32,000 nucleotides of DNA from Wallemia ichthyophaga EXF-994 (Eukaryota; Fungi; Basidiomycota): contig NW_008806303.1 in the NCBI RefSeq assembly GCF_000400465.1, positions 8,564 through 40,563 on the forward strand. Direction: 5' to 3'. The notes under the pieces are model-generated. The model ran no database searches, was not told the DNA's origin, and saw only the letters and a list, made by a program, of their open reading frames with translations. The translations under genes and the position numbers were made by a program. Shown here piece after piece: positions 12,401 through 23,762 of the stretch. Within the stretch, counting starts at the first letter, position 1. Each line of letters opens with the position of its first letter.

Positions 12401-14455
12401 TCTGCGATATATGCATCTGAGCTATTCGATAGAACTTTGGTGAGATGGTCATTAATTGGATCTTTGTTCTTCTCCAACCATGCTTCAGTATCGTATTCAA
12501 CTTTACCCGCATAATGCTGCACTATGAACCCTTCGTCTCCGAATTTAGACTTGCTGAATTTCAGTTTGCTGCCGTCATCTCTATTCATGCATAGCGATGT
12601 AAGTTTTTGAGTGAATGTCTGATCGTTAGCTTTTGGCATAATACACTCCTCATCCAAGCAGCTAAGAATACCAATTGGAGAAACACTCTCAATGAGATTG
12701 ATAGTGGGCTGAAGATCCAATCCAAAATTGACAAAGTTCCATTCGATGCCCTCTCTCTGATACTCTTCCTGCTCGAGCACAAACATGTGATGATTGAAGT
12801 ATTGTTGCAGACACTCATTAGTGTAGTTGATACATAGCTGCTCGAACGAGTTTTTCTTGAATATCTCAAATCCTGCTATATCAAGCACACCAATAAATGT
12901 GTTGCTTTCTGTAGCGCGGTCGAGGACTGTGTTAACTTTCTCAATCAGCTTGGAGAAATTCTTTTCGTAAATTGTTTTAGCGAGTGATGCAACTTCCGCT
13001 TTAGCTTGACTTTCAGAGCGTGATTGGATCACTGTTTCCTTGCCCGCCATCACGCGGGGGTTGATAATGGATTGCTCGAGCTCCTTAGAGGATGACAATC
13101 CTAAAACAAGGGAGAGTCGCTCAAGCGCATCCTTGTCTTCAATACGTGCCTGGCCCGATCTGTCTCCTTTGATGTCAATGTTGCCGAGGTGGAGGATCGC
13201 ACCAACGACTCTGAACAGATTCAGCTGCTCCTCCTTGTCGAACCCAAGTACATCCAGTGCACCAATGAGCATGTCCCATTCTTTCTCGTCATCTATACCA
13301 TCCACCTGCTTGCGCGTTTTGGAGAGGTAATTGTAGTGATTGATGTCGGCTGAAGGGATCTGCAAGGCATCGAGCAAATCTTGATCGGCACCGTTGAGGA
13401 AATGGTAAAAGACATGGAACGATCTTTCCTGATTAGATCTTGAGCTAACTCTGGACTTTTCAAGCAAATACCAATCTATGTGTGCACCGGCTATTTGACC
13501 TTTAGTGCTGAACTCAATGCGCACAAATTTACCGAATCTTGACGAGTTATTGTTTCTGACAGTTTGTGCATTACCAAAAGATTCAAGAATCGGGTTGGCT
13601 TGTAGGATCTGTCTTTCCAATGTGCCTAGACTTGTCATTGAGGATGATGGCGTTATAGACTGGCCCAAGGAAGGTGAATTTGGTACAGAAACTGGAGTTG
13701 AGAATGCGGTTGGTGTTCTAGACGGTGTACGAGGCTGTGTAGATCGTGACAAAGAGTCGACGCGTCCTGCTGAGTTGCTAGCTATTGAAGCGAGGTATTG
13801 AATTACTTTTTTTGTGTTCTCAGTTTTACCAGCACCTGATTCACCACTGGAGATTTTTTGTCAGATTGCAACTCCTCTATTCAATTGAACCCACGTAATC
13901 AGAACAGATTGATTTTCGCGCTCAGCCATCATATCATTCCAAGCTCTGTCAGTCACAGCAAAGATATGCGGCGCATTATCTTCTCTCCGTTTATTGCGAT
14001 AGGCTTGTACGTGCGCGTCTGTGTATATGGGCAGGTCACGATAAGGGTTTACCGCCACGAGGAAGAGGCCAGAGTAGGTGTAAATCAAATCAGAGCCATA
14101 TCTCGATCTGAGGTTGTGTACTACGGATGCTTCATTAAGAAATGTAAGTTCGGCGATATCGCTGACTTTATCAAATCGTGGCGGATTCTGCGGTGATAGC
14201 AAGTCACTCCGCATCGTTCTCGTCTGTGAATGACGCGTGAGTAGTGTAGATGAGATTAACCAAGAAATTAATCACCTCGCTGTTGCATACGACGTCCCAC
14301 TCTTCGCCATTCTCCTTGGCTACCCAGCCAGAGAGATAGCCCTCCTTGTGATCTGGCACCCACACGCGTTTCTTCTCTGCGAACTCAGCATTGGCGGCTG
14401 CATCTGCCAGGCTTATCTCTCTGTTAAACTTGGGCTTGAGTGGAGACCTCTGCAT
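9407..14455 (-). CDS. MYO1: Type II myosin heavy chain, full-length copy, 4 introns
   Basis: N-terminal SH3-like RVWVPDHKEGY, P-loop GESGAGKT, ILESFGNAQT, NSSRFGKF, LDIAGFE, QLRCNGVLEGIRI, IQ region, WWRVFNKVRPLL, then long coiled coil. Symbol follows the S. cerevisiae class II name. Confidence 0.92.
10622..10981 (-). repeat. Coding tandem repeat in myosin tail: 5 x 72 bp (24 aa), alternating A/B units (144-bp higher-order repeat)
   Basis: KRALDAESYEDNYKRLKQDYDEEV / QRAVEAETYKVNYERLQQDYDEVV / KRALHAEAYKDSYERLKQDYDEEV / QRAVEAETYKVNYERLQQDYDEVV / ERALHAEAHKDNYERLKQDYDEEV. Confidence 0.95.
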
Positions 14456-14611
14456 TTCGTTTCTTCCGTTTTTGTTGGTTTTAAGCAAGGGGTGGACGCG
14501 AGATAGGATAACGCAGACGCGTGTTATTACAAAATCCGGAATTTATAAATTTTAGATTTATTTTTCATTTACAAGTAAAAGAAACATGCGCGTGAGCGTG
14601 TATATCTGTGC

Positions 14612-15764
14612 TTACTGCGATATCTCATTGTTAGTTCGGTCTACGTTGGTGCGCAGCGCGTAGTCGCCATCGTTGGTGAGGTATCTAACCCAAGGCAGAG
14701 CTTGGTAGCCGCTCTTTTCAACAATCTTCAAATAGCGCACTTGTATGCCAGAGACCTATAGATACATTAGGCATTTGAGATGAGTGATATCACAACCAAC
14801 TTACAGTGAAATATGGAATTTCGAATTTAACCAAGATTGGACGTTTGGATTGTATATCATCTCCTTTCACACTAGGCAGCCCAAACTCGGCTCGAAGCAA
14901 GAACTCTTTTCCACCAGCCAGCTGCTTTATTTTCCAGATGAAACAACTCTGATCAGGCGCATAGCTGACTGATCCAGTCGCACTTCTAAATTTAGGGGTA
15001 TCAGCGTCATCTGGAACTGGAATAAGTATTTCAACGTTGTTTGCAGATGATCTCTTTTTGAAGTTTGCTTTTACTTTGACAGTGTATTCGACACGTGAGC
15101 CTGAATGATATTCGATACTTGCTTCAGCCCAGACAAGGGGTTTTACTGAAGTTGACAACCGATAGCTCATCAGCTCGAATTCACCGTCGGGTGGAATGAA
15201 AGAGATGGTTCTATCATTTTCAAACCTCGACAACCTCACGCACTGATGAAATTTGACATCCTCCATTTCAATACTCTTCCCTCTGTTTGTCCTGCCAGTA
15301 GTTTCGAACATGACTTTGTCGTTCAAACCGAGCCTCAACTCAGGCATTCCAGTGAGGAAGCATTTCATTTTGACGGCACCAAGAATCTCACTTCTAATGA
15401 CGTTACCAGAAGCGTTAACGAGCATATTTACAGACTCGACGACATCTAAGAAGACTTCGTTCTTGCGATAACGGATACCCTCACTACGCCAACTGACAGC
15501 GTTTGTGACAGCCATTGGAGGTCTAGCTTGAGATTCGAGCTTATAAGATTCCTGAGTAATGTACTCCTGTAGAATCTTTGATTCAGTTGTCTGTGGATGA
15601 CCATAGTCCATCATTTCATCGAAAAGTTCATAAATAATAACGAAATTGTCTCTAATGGATTCCTCTTCAAGTTCCTTGAAATATTCAGTAAAAACAGAAG
15701 CAAGTTTATGCAAGAAAAGGATAATTTCAGCTGCGTTTGAGTTGTTTTTAGAGAGAGCGAGTAT
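14612..15764 (-). pseudogene. APM1: 5'-truncated duplicate of AP-1 mu subunit (from ILALSKNN onward), no native start or promoter
   Basis: Identical to 19507-20659; begins abruptly at the duplication junction downstream of myosin tail sequence. Confidence 0.88.
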
Positions 15765-18700
15765 CGTAGTTGACTTTGTAAGTTTCTGCTTCGACTGCTC
15801 TCTGAACCTCTTCATCGTAGTCCTGTTTCAATCTTTTGTAGTTGTCTTCGTAAGACTCTGCATCGAGCGCTCTCTTCTTGAGTGATTCAATTTCACTCCT
15901 TGAGGTTTCAGCATCTTCTATAGATTGAGTTAGTTGCTCGCGCATTTCCTCCAATTCGTCGTCTCTTGTACTCTTAGAATGCTTAAATTGCAGCACAACA
16001 TCAGCCAACTCGCTTTCCACCTCCTGGCATCTCAAGGAGATATCGTCAAATCTTGTACTCTTCTCCTCGAATTCCTGCAGCTGATGGAGTGTTTCGGTGA
16101 GCTTACTGCGAAGTGCCTGCAACTCCCGTCCAAATTTGTCGCGCTCAGAGGATGTTACTGCAAGTCTGTGCTCATAATCATTGGCTAGTTCCTTCATTTT
16201 ACTATTGTCAGCCACTGTACTTTCCAAGCGCAAGATTTCGGTACTGGCAATATCAAAGTCGCTTCTTAGATCCTGGTGTCGAGATTCCGCCTCTTTCATT
16301 CCATTCAATGCCTTTTCGAGTTGGTTTTCTAGATCTTTGATGAAAGCACGGTGGTTGTCTATCTCTTCGCTCATCTCAACTTCGCGCGTCTGGAATCTTT
16401 CTATGAGGTGCGAGTTTTGCAGTGATTGATCCCGTTCGGTTTCTAAGGCTGTTTGTGTACTCATAAGCAGCTTTTGTATGCGCCTCTGTTCAGAGTTATT
16501 CGCTTGCTGGTCTTTTACTATAAATTCAAGCCTCCTCTGCATGGATTGTAATTGATCCTGTCGAGCGTCAGTTATTGAGTATACTAAGTACTAATTATTA
16601 TACTTACTTCCCGCTTCCTGATCTCCTCTTCGGATCTCGTAGCAGTTAGGAGTGGTCTGACCTTATTAAAAACTCTCCACCATGCCCATTGCGATAGGTT
16701 GTTAGATAACTCAGCGTTCCTATTGATAATTAGAGCAGCGTTGGCCTTATTTCTCAGCTTGTGTATAATCCTCCTCGTAATGAATCCTCTAGAAGATGCT
16801 TGAATGGACGTGAACAAGTCGTAGAGAATGTTGTCCCTTCTCTCTTCCATTTCGGCGAGCACACCTGACTTGAAGAAGATCTTGCTATTACCGATTCTGT
16901 ATAGCTCTGAGTCCAGCTCCAAACTCTCGAGCATGCGCTGGCACACTTTCCTAGCATCCATATAGTGTACTGAGAGAACATTTGGAGTGAGGACACCATA
17001 CCTGGATCTGAACTCTGAGAACGGCAGTCTGTTTGGATAACCCAGTCTAGCAATTCTGATACCCTCCAGTACACCATTGCAGCGCAGCTGATCGAGTACA
17101 AGATTTACCTCAATTCTTCCCGGCTTCTTTATTGAGTTGGGTAGAATACATCTGACGAAATGTGGTTCCGTAGAGTTGAGTTGCCTCATCAACGCATTTA
17201 GCTGCTCTTTATGTCTTTGTGCGACAGTTCTGAAAGCTCCACCTTTTCCTCCTCTGCTTGCTTTTCTGTCATCCGGTGTGTACTCTGAGAAAAGGTCTGC
17301 GATATATGCATCTGAGCTATTCGATAGAACTTTGGTGAGATGGTCATTAATTGGATCTTTGTTCTTCTCCAACCATGCTTCAGTATCGTATTCAACTTTA
17401 CCCGCATAATGCTGCACTATGAACCCTTCGTCTCCGAATTTAGACTTGCTGAATTTCAGTTTGCTGCCGTCATCTCTATTCATGCATAGCGATGTAAGTT
17501 TTTGAGTGAATGTCTGATCGTTAGCTTTTGGCATAATACACTCCTCATCCAAGCAGCTAAGAATACCAATTGGAGAAACACTCTCAATGAGATTGATAGT
17601 GGGCTGAAGATCCAATCCAAAATTGACAAAGTTCCATTCGATGCCCTCTCTCTGATACTCTTCCTGCTCGAGCACAAACATGTGATGATTGAAGTATTGT
17701 TGCAGACACTCATTAGTGTAGTTGATACATAGCTGCTCGAACGAGTTTTTCTTGAATATCTCAAATCCTGCTATATCAAGCACACCAATAAATGTGTTGC
17801 TTTCTGTAGCGCGGTCGAGGACTGTGTTAACTTTCTCAATCAGCTTGGAGAAATTCTTTTCGTAAATTGTTTTAGCGAGTGATGCAACTTCCGCTTTAGC
17901 TTGACTTTCAGAGCGTGATTGGATCACTGTTTCCTTGCCCGCCATCACGCGGGGGTTGATAATGGATTGCTCGAGCTCCTTAGAGGATGACAATCCTAAA
18001 ACAAGGGAGAGTCGCTCAAGCGCATCCTTGTCTTCAATACGTGCCTGGCCCGATCTGTCTCCTTTGATGTCAATGTTGCCGAGGTGGAGGATCGCACCAA
18101 CGACTCTGAACAGATTCAGCTGCTCCTCCTTGTCGAACCCAAGTACATCCAGTGCACCAATGAGCATGTCCCATTCTTTCTCGTCATCTATACCATCCAC
18201 CTGCTTGCGCGTTTTGGAGAGGTAATTGTAGTGATTGATGTCGGCTGAAGGGATCTGCAAGGCATCGAGCAAATCTTGATCGGCACCGTTGAGGAAATGG
18301 TAAAAGACATGGAACGATCTTTCCTGATTAGATCTTGAGCTAACTCTGGACTTTTCAAGCAAATACCAATCTATGTGTGCACCGGCTATTTGACCTTTAG
18401 TGCTGAACTCAATGCGCACAAATTTACCGAATCTTGACGAGTTATTGTTTCTGACAGTTTGTGCATTACCAAAAGATTCAAGAATCGGGTTGGCTTGTAG
18501 GATCTGTCTTTCCAATGTGCCTAGACTTGTCATTGAGGATGATGGCGTTATAGACTGGCCCAAGGAAGGTGAATTTGGTACAGAAACTGGAGTTGAGAAT
18601 GCGGTTGGTGTTCTAGACGGTGTACGAGGCTGTGTAGATCGTGACAAAGAGTCGACGCGTCCTGCTGAGTTGCTAGCTATTGAAGCGAGGTATTGAATTA

Positions 18701-19350
18701 CTTTTTTTGTGTTCTCAGTTTTACCAGCACCTGATTCACCACTGGAGATTTTTTGTCAGATTGCAACTCCTCTATTCAATTGAACCCACGTAATCAGAAC
18801 AGATTGATTTTCGCGCTCAGCCATCATATCATTCCAAGCTCTGTCAGTCACAGCAAAGATATGCGGCGCATTATCTTCTCTCCGTTTATTGCGATAGGCT
18901 TGTACGTGCGCGTCTGTGTATATGGGCAGGTCACGATAAGGGTTTACCGCCACGAGGAAGAGGCCAGAGTAGGTGTAAATCAAATCAGAGCCATATCTCG
19001 ATCTGAGGTTGTGTACTACGGATGCTTCATTAAGAAATGTAAGTTCGGCGATATCGCTGACTTTATCAAATCGTGGCGGATTCTGCGGTGATAGCAAGTC
19101 ACTCCGCATCGTTCTCGTCTGTGAATGACGCGTGAGTAGTGTAGATGAGATTAACCAAGAAATTAATCACCTCGCTGTTGCATACGACGTCCCACTCTTC
19201 GCCATTCTCCTTGGCTACCCAGCCAGAGAGATAGCCCTCCTTGTGATCTGGCACCCACACGCGTTTCTTCTCTGCGAACTCAGCATTGGCGGCTGCATCT
19301 GCCAGGCTTATCTCTCTGTTAAACTTGGGCTTGAGTGGAGACCTCTGCAT
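15748..19350 (-). CDS. Tail-truncated type II myosin duplicate (motor, IQ, ~280 aa of tail, ends ..YKVNYDTRSL*)
   Basis: Same promoter region, exons and introns as 10870-14455; reading frame crosses the junction into AP-1 mu DNA out of frame and stops at 15748-15750. Functional status unknown. Confidence 0.7.
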
Positions 19351-19506
19351 TTCGTTTCTTCCGTTTTTGTTGGTTTTAAGCAAGGGGTGGACGCGAGATA
19401 GGATAACGCAGACGCGTGTTATTACAAAATCCGGAATTTATAAATTTTAGATTTATTTTTCATTTACAAGTAAAAGAAACATGCGCGTGAGCGTGTATAT
19501 CTGTGC

Positions 19507-20857
19507 TTACTGCGATATCTCATTGTTAGTTCGGTCTACGTTGGTGCGCAGCGCGTAGTCGCCATCGTTGGTGAGGTATCTAACCCAAGGCAGAGCTTGG
19601 TAGCCGCTCTTTTCAACAATCTTCAAATAGCGCACTTGTATGCCAGAGACCTATAGATACATTAGGCATTTGAGATGAGTGATATCACAACCAACTTACA
19701 GTGAAATATGGAATTTCGAATTTAACCAAGATTGGACGTTTGGATTGTATATCATCTCCTTTCACACTAGGCAGCCCAAACTCGGCTCGAAGCAAGAACT
19801 CTTTTCCACCAGCCAGCTGCTTTATTTTCCAGATGAAACAACTCTGATCAGGCGCATAGCTGACTGATCCAGTCGCACTTCTAAATTTAGGGGTATCAGC
19901 GTCATCTGGAACTGGAATAAGTATTTCAACGTTGTTTGCAGATGATCTCTTTTTGAAGTTTGCTTTTACTTTGACAGTGTATTCGACACGTGAGCCTGAA
20001 TGATATTCGATACTTGCTTCAGCCCAGACAAGGGGTTTTACTGAAGTTGACAACCGATAGCTCATCAGCTCGAATTCACCGTCGGGTGGAATGAAAGAGA
20101 TGGTTCTATCATTTTCAAACCTCGACAACCTCACGCACTGATGAAATTTGACATCCTCCATTTCAATACTCTTCCCTCTGTTTGTCCTGCCAGTAGTTTC
20201 GAACATGACTTTGTCGTTCAAACCGAGCCTCAACTCAGGCATTCCAGTGAGGAAGCATTTCATTTTGACGGCACCAAGAATCTCACTTCTAATGACGTTA
20301 CCAGAAGCGTTAACGAGCATATTTACAGACTCGACGACATCTAAGAAGACTTCGTTCTTGCGATAACGGATACCCTCACTACGCCAACTGACAGCGTTTG
20401 TGACAGCCATTGGAGGTCTAGCTTGAGATTCGAGCTTATAAGATTCCTGAGTAATGTACTCCTGTAGAATCTTTGATTCAGTTGTCTGTGGATGACCATA
20501 GTCCATCATTTCATCGAAAAGTTCATAAATAATAACGAAATTGTCTCTAATGGATTCCTCTTCAAGTTCCTTGAAATATTCAGTAAAAACAGAAGCAAGT
20601 TTATGCAAGAAAAGGATAATTTCAGCTGCGTTTGAGTTGTTTTTAGAGAGAGCGAGTATGTAGAGGTTTGAGTACCTGATGTGCATGTAATTGACACCAT
20701 CCTTTGTAAAGCAAGGAGTTACAGTTTGTAGATCTTCTTCCATATCCAAGACTATTGGCATGAATCTATCGACGGTGGACGCGGGAATATCATCCTTATA
20801 AGACCTCTGTATTAGAGACTTCCCTTTCAAATCTAATATCGCGATTAATGAGGCCAT
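19507..20857 (-). CDS. APM1: Clathrin adaptor AP-1 complex mu (medium) subunit, one 3' intron
   Basis: MASLIAILDLKGKSLIQRSYKDD; IRDNFVIIYELFDEMMDYGHPQTTES; VSWRSEGIRYRKNEVFLDVVES; last exon VSGIQVRYLKIVEKSGYQALPWVRY. Confidence 0.96.
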
Positions 20858-20890
20858 TGGTGGTTGTTGAGGTACAACGAGGTTATTTAC

Positions 20891-21552
20891 ATGTTTTTCG
20901 TTGTGAGTTGGATAAGGGATTTGATGTATAGCCAGGCTTAGGTTAAATAGAAACACGACCTTACGCACAGGCTGCACCTTCATCCCAGTTACTTTGGACC
21001 GCAGACGATGGATTATATCAATAGTAAGCTGTTCGCAGACGTGGAGGGAACGTGCACAGGTAGATATGGGTATATAATCGCTGTATTGTCGATATCGGAT
21101 CCAGGATCGGGGACAGTTATACCAGGTGTTGGTACAGCAGAGTTCGTGGTGAAATACACAGCCATCGTGTATAAGCCATTTAAAGGGGAAGTAGTGGATG
21201 GGAAGGTGGCAAATGTCAATAAGATGGGATTCTTTGCAGACGTCGGACCACTTCAAGTATTCGTTTCTAGTCACGTAGGTTGGATTCCAAGGTACAAGAA
21301 TTAGGCTAACGAAACACCCAGTTGATCCCTCAAGATATAAAATTCGATCCCAGTGCGACTCCACCTTGCTTTAGCTCAGAAGATCAAGTTATTGAGAGGG
21401 GTTCTAAAGTCAGGCTTAAGGTTGTTGGTACGCGTGTGGATGCAACAGAAATTGTGAGTACAAGTGAGTGGAATACAATGGGGTTATTCTAACATCTATA
21501 TAAGTTTGCAATTGGTACTATAAAAGAGGATTATTTGGGTGTACTTGATTAG
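20891..21552 (+). CDS. RPB7: RNA polymerase II subunit Rpb7, 3 introns
   Basis: [67 protein letters not shown]../[15 protein letters not shown]. Confidence 0.97.
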
Positions 21553-21559
21553 ATGTACA

Positions 21560-21801
21560 TCACTCAAAATCAAGCTATATGCGTGTATTAGCCTATGTAT
21601 TTACTTAAATCCCAGTAAACCCACGGGATCATATATTATTCTAATTATCAGACTACAGCTTGGACAGCGTGCAATGTCTTCACCCTCTTTAAGCTGATCC
21701 TCTGTGATTTCAAACCTATCGCCACACGGACATGGGTAATGGTATACCTGCTTATCCTCATCGAAGCTACAGTCTTCTATTTCTATTTCATCGTAGTACA
21801 T
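21560..21801 (-). CDS. DPH3: CSL zinc-finger diphthamide biosynthesis protein Dph3/Kti11, one intron
   Basis: [39 protein letters not shown]. Confidence 0.95.
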
Positions 21802-21852
21802 GATCGTTGTCCTGTAACTTGTAAATTTGCAGCTTCCATAACGACGTCCATC

Positions 21853-22811
21853 ATGAGCTCCCCGATAAAAAAGAAATCAAAGCCTTCTCAACAGCCTGTA
21901 TCTCATACGTCTATTTTCAAATCTCAAAATAGCCAAGCAGACAATGAGCACGCTCAGCTACCAACGGATAATCTCGCTGAGTTATCTCTTGGCCAGAGGT
22001 TGAAGGCATCTGCAAACAAAGCAGGTGATGACCAAGCTGATAATGAGGCTATAGATGCCCCAACTATCCCTGCTCAATCTTTGGCTACTCTTCTCACTCA
22101 ATCTCTCAATTCGAATGATAAAAATCTCCTTGAAAGCTGCTTGAGTCAGACAGATTTGAATATTATTAGAAATTCCGTTAATAGACTACCTTCACAACTC
22201 GCTATTCCTCTCCTTCATCAGTGTACAACTAGACTCGCTAAACCTGGTAGAGCAGGTCCAAAGCGCGCCAAATCTTTATTAGAATGGTCAAAAGCAGTTT
22301 TGACTATACACACTGCCTATTTGTTGTCAGTACCTCAAATTACTCAAAAATTACTTGGTTTGCATTCTGCTCTGAGTCAGCGTATAAACTCACACGAGCA
22401 ACTCATGTCCCTTTCCGGTAGACTTGACGTTGTACTCTCTCAAATCGCTTTACAAAGATCTATTCAACAAGAGAGGCGATCAGCTGAGCAAGGCAATCAA
22501 AAATCAAACAATGCCGTCACCTACGTCGAAGGCGATTCAGATGAGGAAGATAACATTGAGTATGATAACGATGATGGTCAGGGTATTGAGGATGTTGAAC
22601 TCGGTAACGGTGAGAATGATAGCGACCAAGATAGTGAGGAAGATGATGAGGGACTTGTGAGTGTGATCTTTCTTATCATTCATATCACTCATACTAACAC
22701 CCTAAAAAGGACAATAGTTCAGATGGTGATGACAGCGATAGAAATGCAATGGTGGAAGATGAGGCTATCGAAGATGACGATGATTCGGATGATGATGAAG
22801 AGGATAATTGA
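21853..22811 (+). CDS. UTP5: Utp12/Dip2-domain small-subunit processome protein (Utp5-like) with acidic tail, one intron
   Basis: [51 protein letters not shown]; D/E-rich C-terminus; TGA 22809-22811. Confidence 0.75.
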
Positions 22812-22828
22812 TTTTAGATGCACTTTAT

Positions 22829-23725
22829 TTATAGTTTAAATGCTGTCAAATGTGATTGAAATCCCTTTTCGAGTAGCTCATCCTTGCTCATTTCATATAT
22901 CAGAGCATCTGCTATAAAGTTAGCGCAGGTATTCTGCATTTCCTCAGGTACTTGATGCTTCACTTCTTGCAGCGACTTGAACATGACAACTGATTTGCTG
23001 TCCTGTGCGTACAAATCATCTAGCTGCCTAATGAATTCTAATTGGTGCTTTGGTGCAACAAGCTTGTCGCTACCACCACTCAAAGCCATTATTTTCTTAC
23101 CCTTCCATGCATCCTTTGAGTGCGCGAGAGACAGCATAGGGTCGTATCTGTTGAGTTGCCCTGTGAAAGCAATTGATGGGTTGATGTTGATGTTCCTACT
23201 ATCAGCTCTCTCTTTCATTAAAGAGAGGTAATCAGCACAGGCTATGATAGGAACACCGACGGTGATTCTTTCATCCTGGTGCAAGGACATCCAGGTAGCA
23301 TGACCGCCCAGACTAACACCAATACAACCGTAGTCAACGATGTTATGTTGATCATGAGGGAATAAAAAGGAAGGGATATAGTCTATAAGGTAGCTGACGT
23401 CTCTAGATGTACCTTGTTGAATCGAGAACATATCAATAAAGTGATTTTGGTTATCTGGCCAGCCTTGATTGTGTAAGTCATTGATAAGCCTAGAACCGTG
23501 ATTACGCTGGTCAAAGGAGACGACTATTAAATCTCTTTTGCGTAATTCAGATTGACGAGAAGCTGTTAGACACTTGGACGCAATCGATGAATATCGATCA
23601 CCGCACTGGGTCTCACCTCTGCCGTGGAGCAAGAAAACAACGACAACGTCTCTTTTAATGGAATCTAAGGAAAGATGGTCTAATCCGTAAACAATACATT
23701 TTATACCACCAATTACGAATTCCAT
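22829..23725 (-). CDS. Alpha/beta-hydrolase fold protein, intronless
   Basis: FLLHGRG, DQRNHGSR, nucleophile elbow GVSLGG, GGSDKLV, VKHQV (Ser-Asp-His order). Confidence 0.85.
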   Translation of the reverse strand: MEFVIGGIKCIVYGLDHLSLDSIKRDVVVVFLLHGRGETQCGDRYSSIASKCLTASRQSELRKRDLIVVSFDQRNHGSRLINDLHNQGWPDNQNHFIDMFSIQQGTSRDVSYLIDYIPSFLFPHDQHNIVDYGCIGVSLGGHATWMSLHQDERITVGVPIIACADYLSLMKERADSRNININPSIAFTGQLNRYDPMLSLAHSKDAWKGKKIMALSGGSDKLVAPKHQLEFIRQLDDLYAQDSKSVVMFKSLQEVKHQVPEEMQNTCANFIADALIYEMSKDELLEKGFQSHLTAFKL

Positions 23726-23762
23726 CGTGGCAGTAGCGGTTGAACCAGCCCTATCATCATTC

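Larger units (their letters stand above)
10870..20659. repeat. Direct tandem duplication, unit 4,895 bp (10870-15764 and 15765-20659)
   Basis: ORFs recur at a constant offset of 4895 with identical translations; spot-checked intergenic DNA is identical; novel junction at 15764/15765. Confidence 0.97.

Noticed and set aside
15748-15790. In-frame myosin II / AP-1 mu fusion protein
   Set aside because: Frames differ at the junction: the myosin frame reads GAT ACT CGC TCT CTC TAA and stops after four novel residues.
20858-21364. 169-codon N-terminal extension of AP-1 mu in ORF 19685-21364
   Set aside because: Antisense shadow of RPB7; the conserved mu1 start MASLIAILDLKGK is at 20857.
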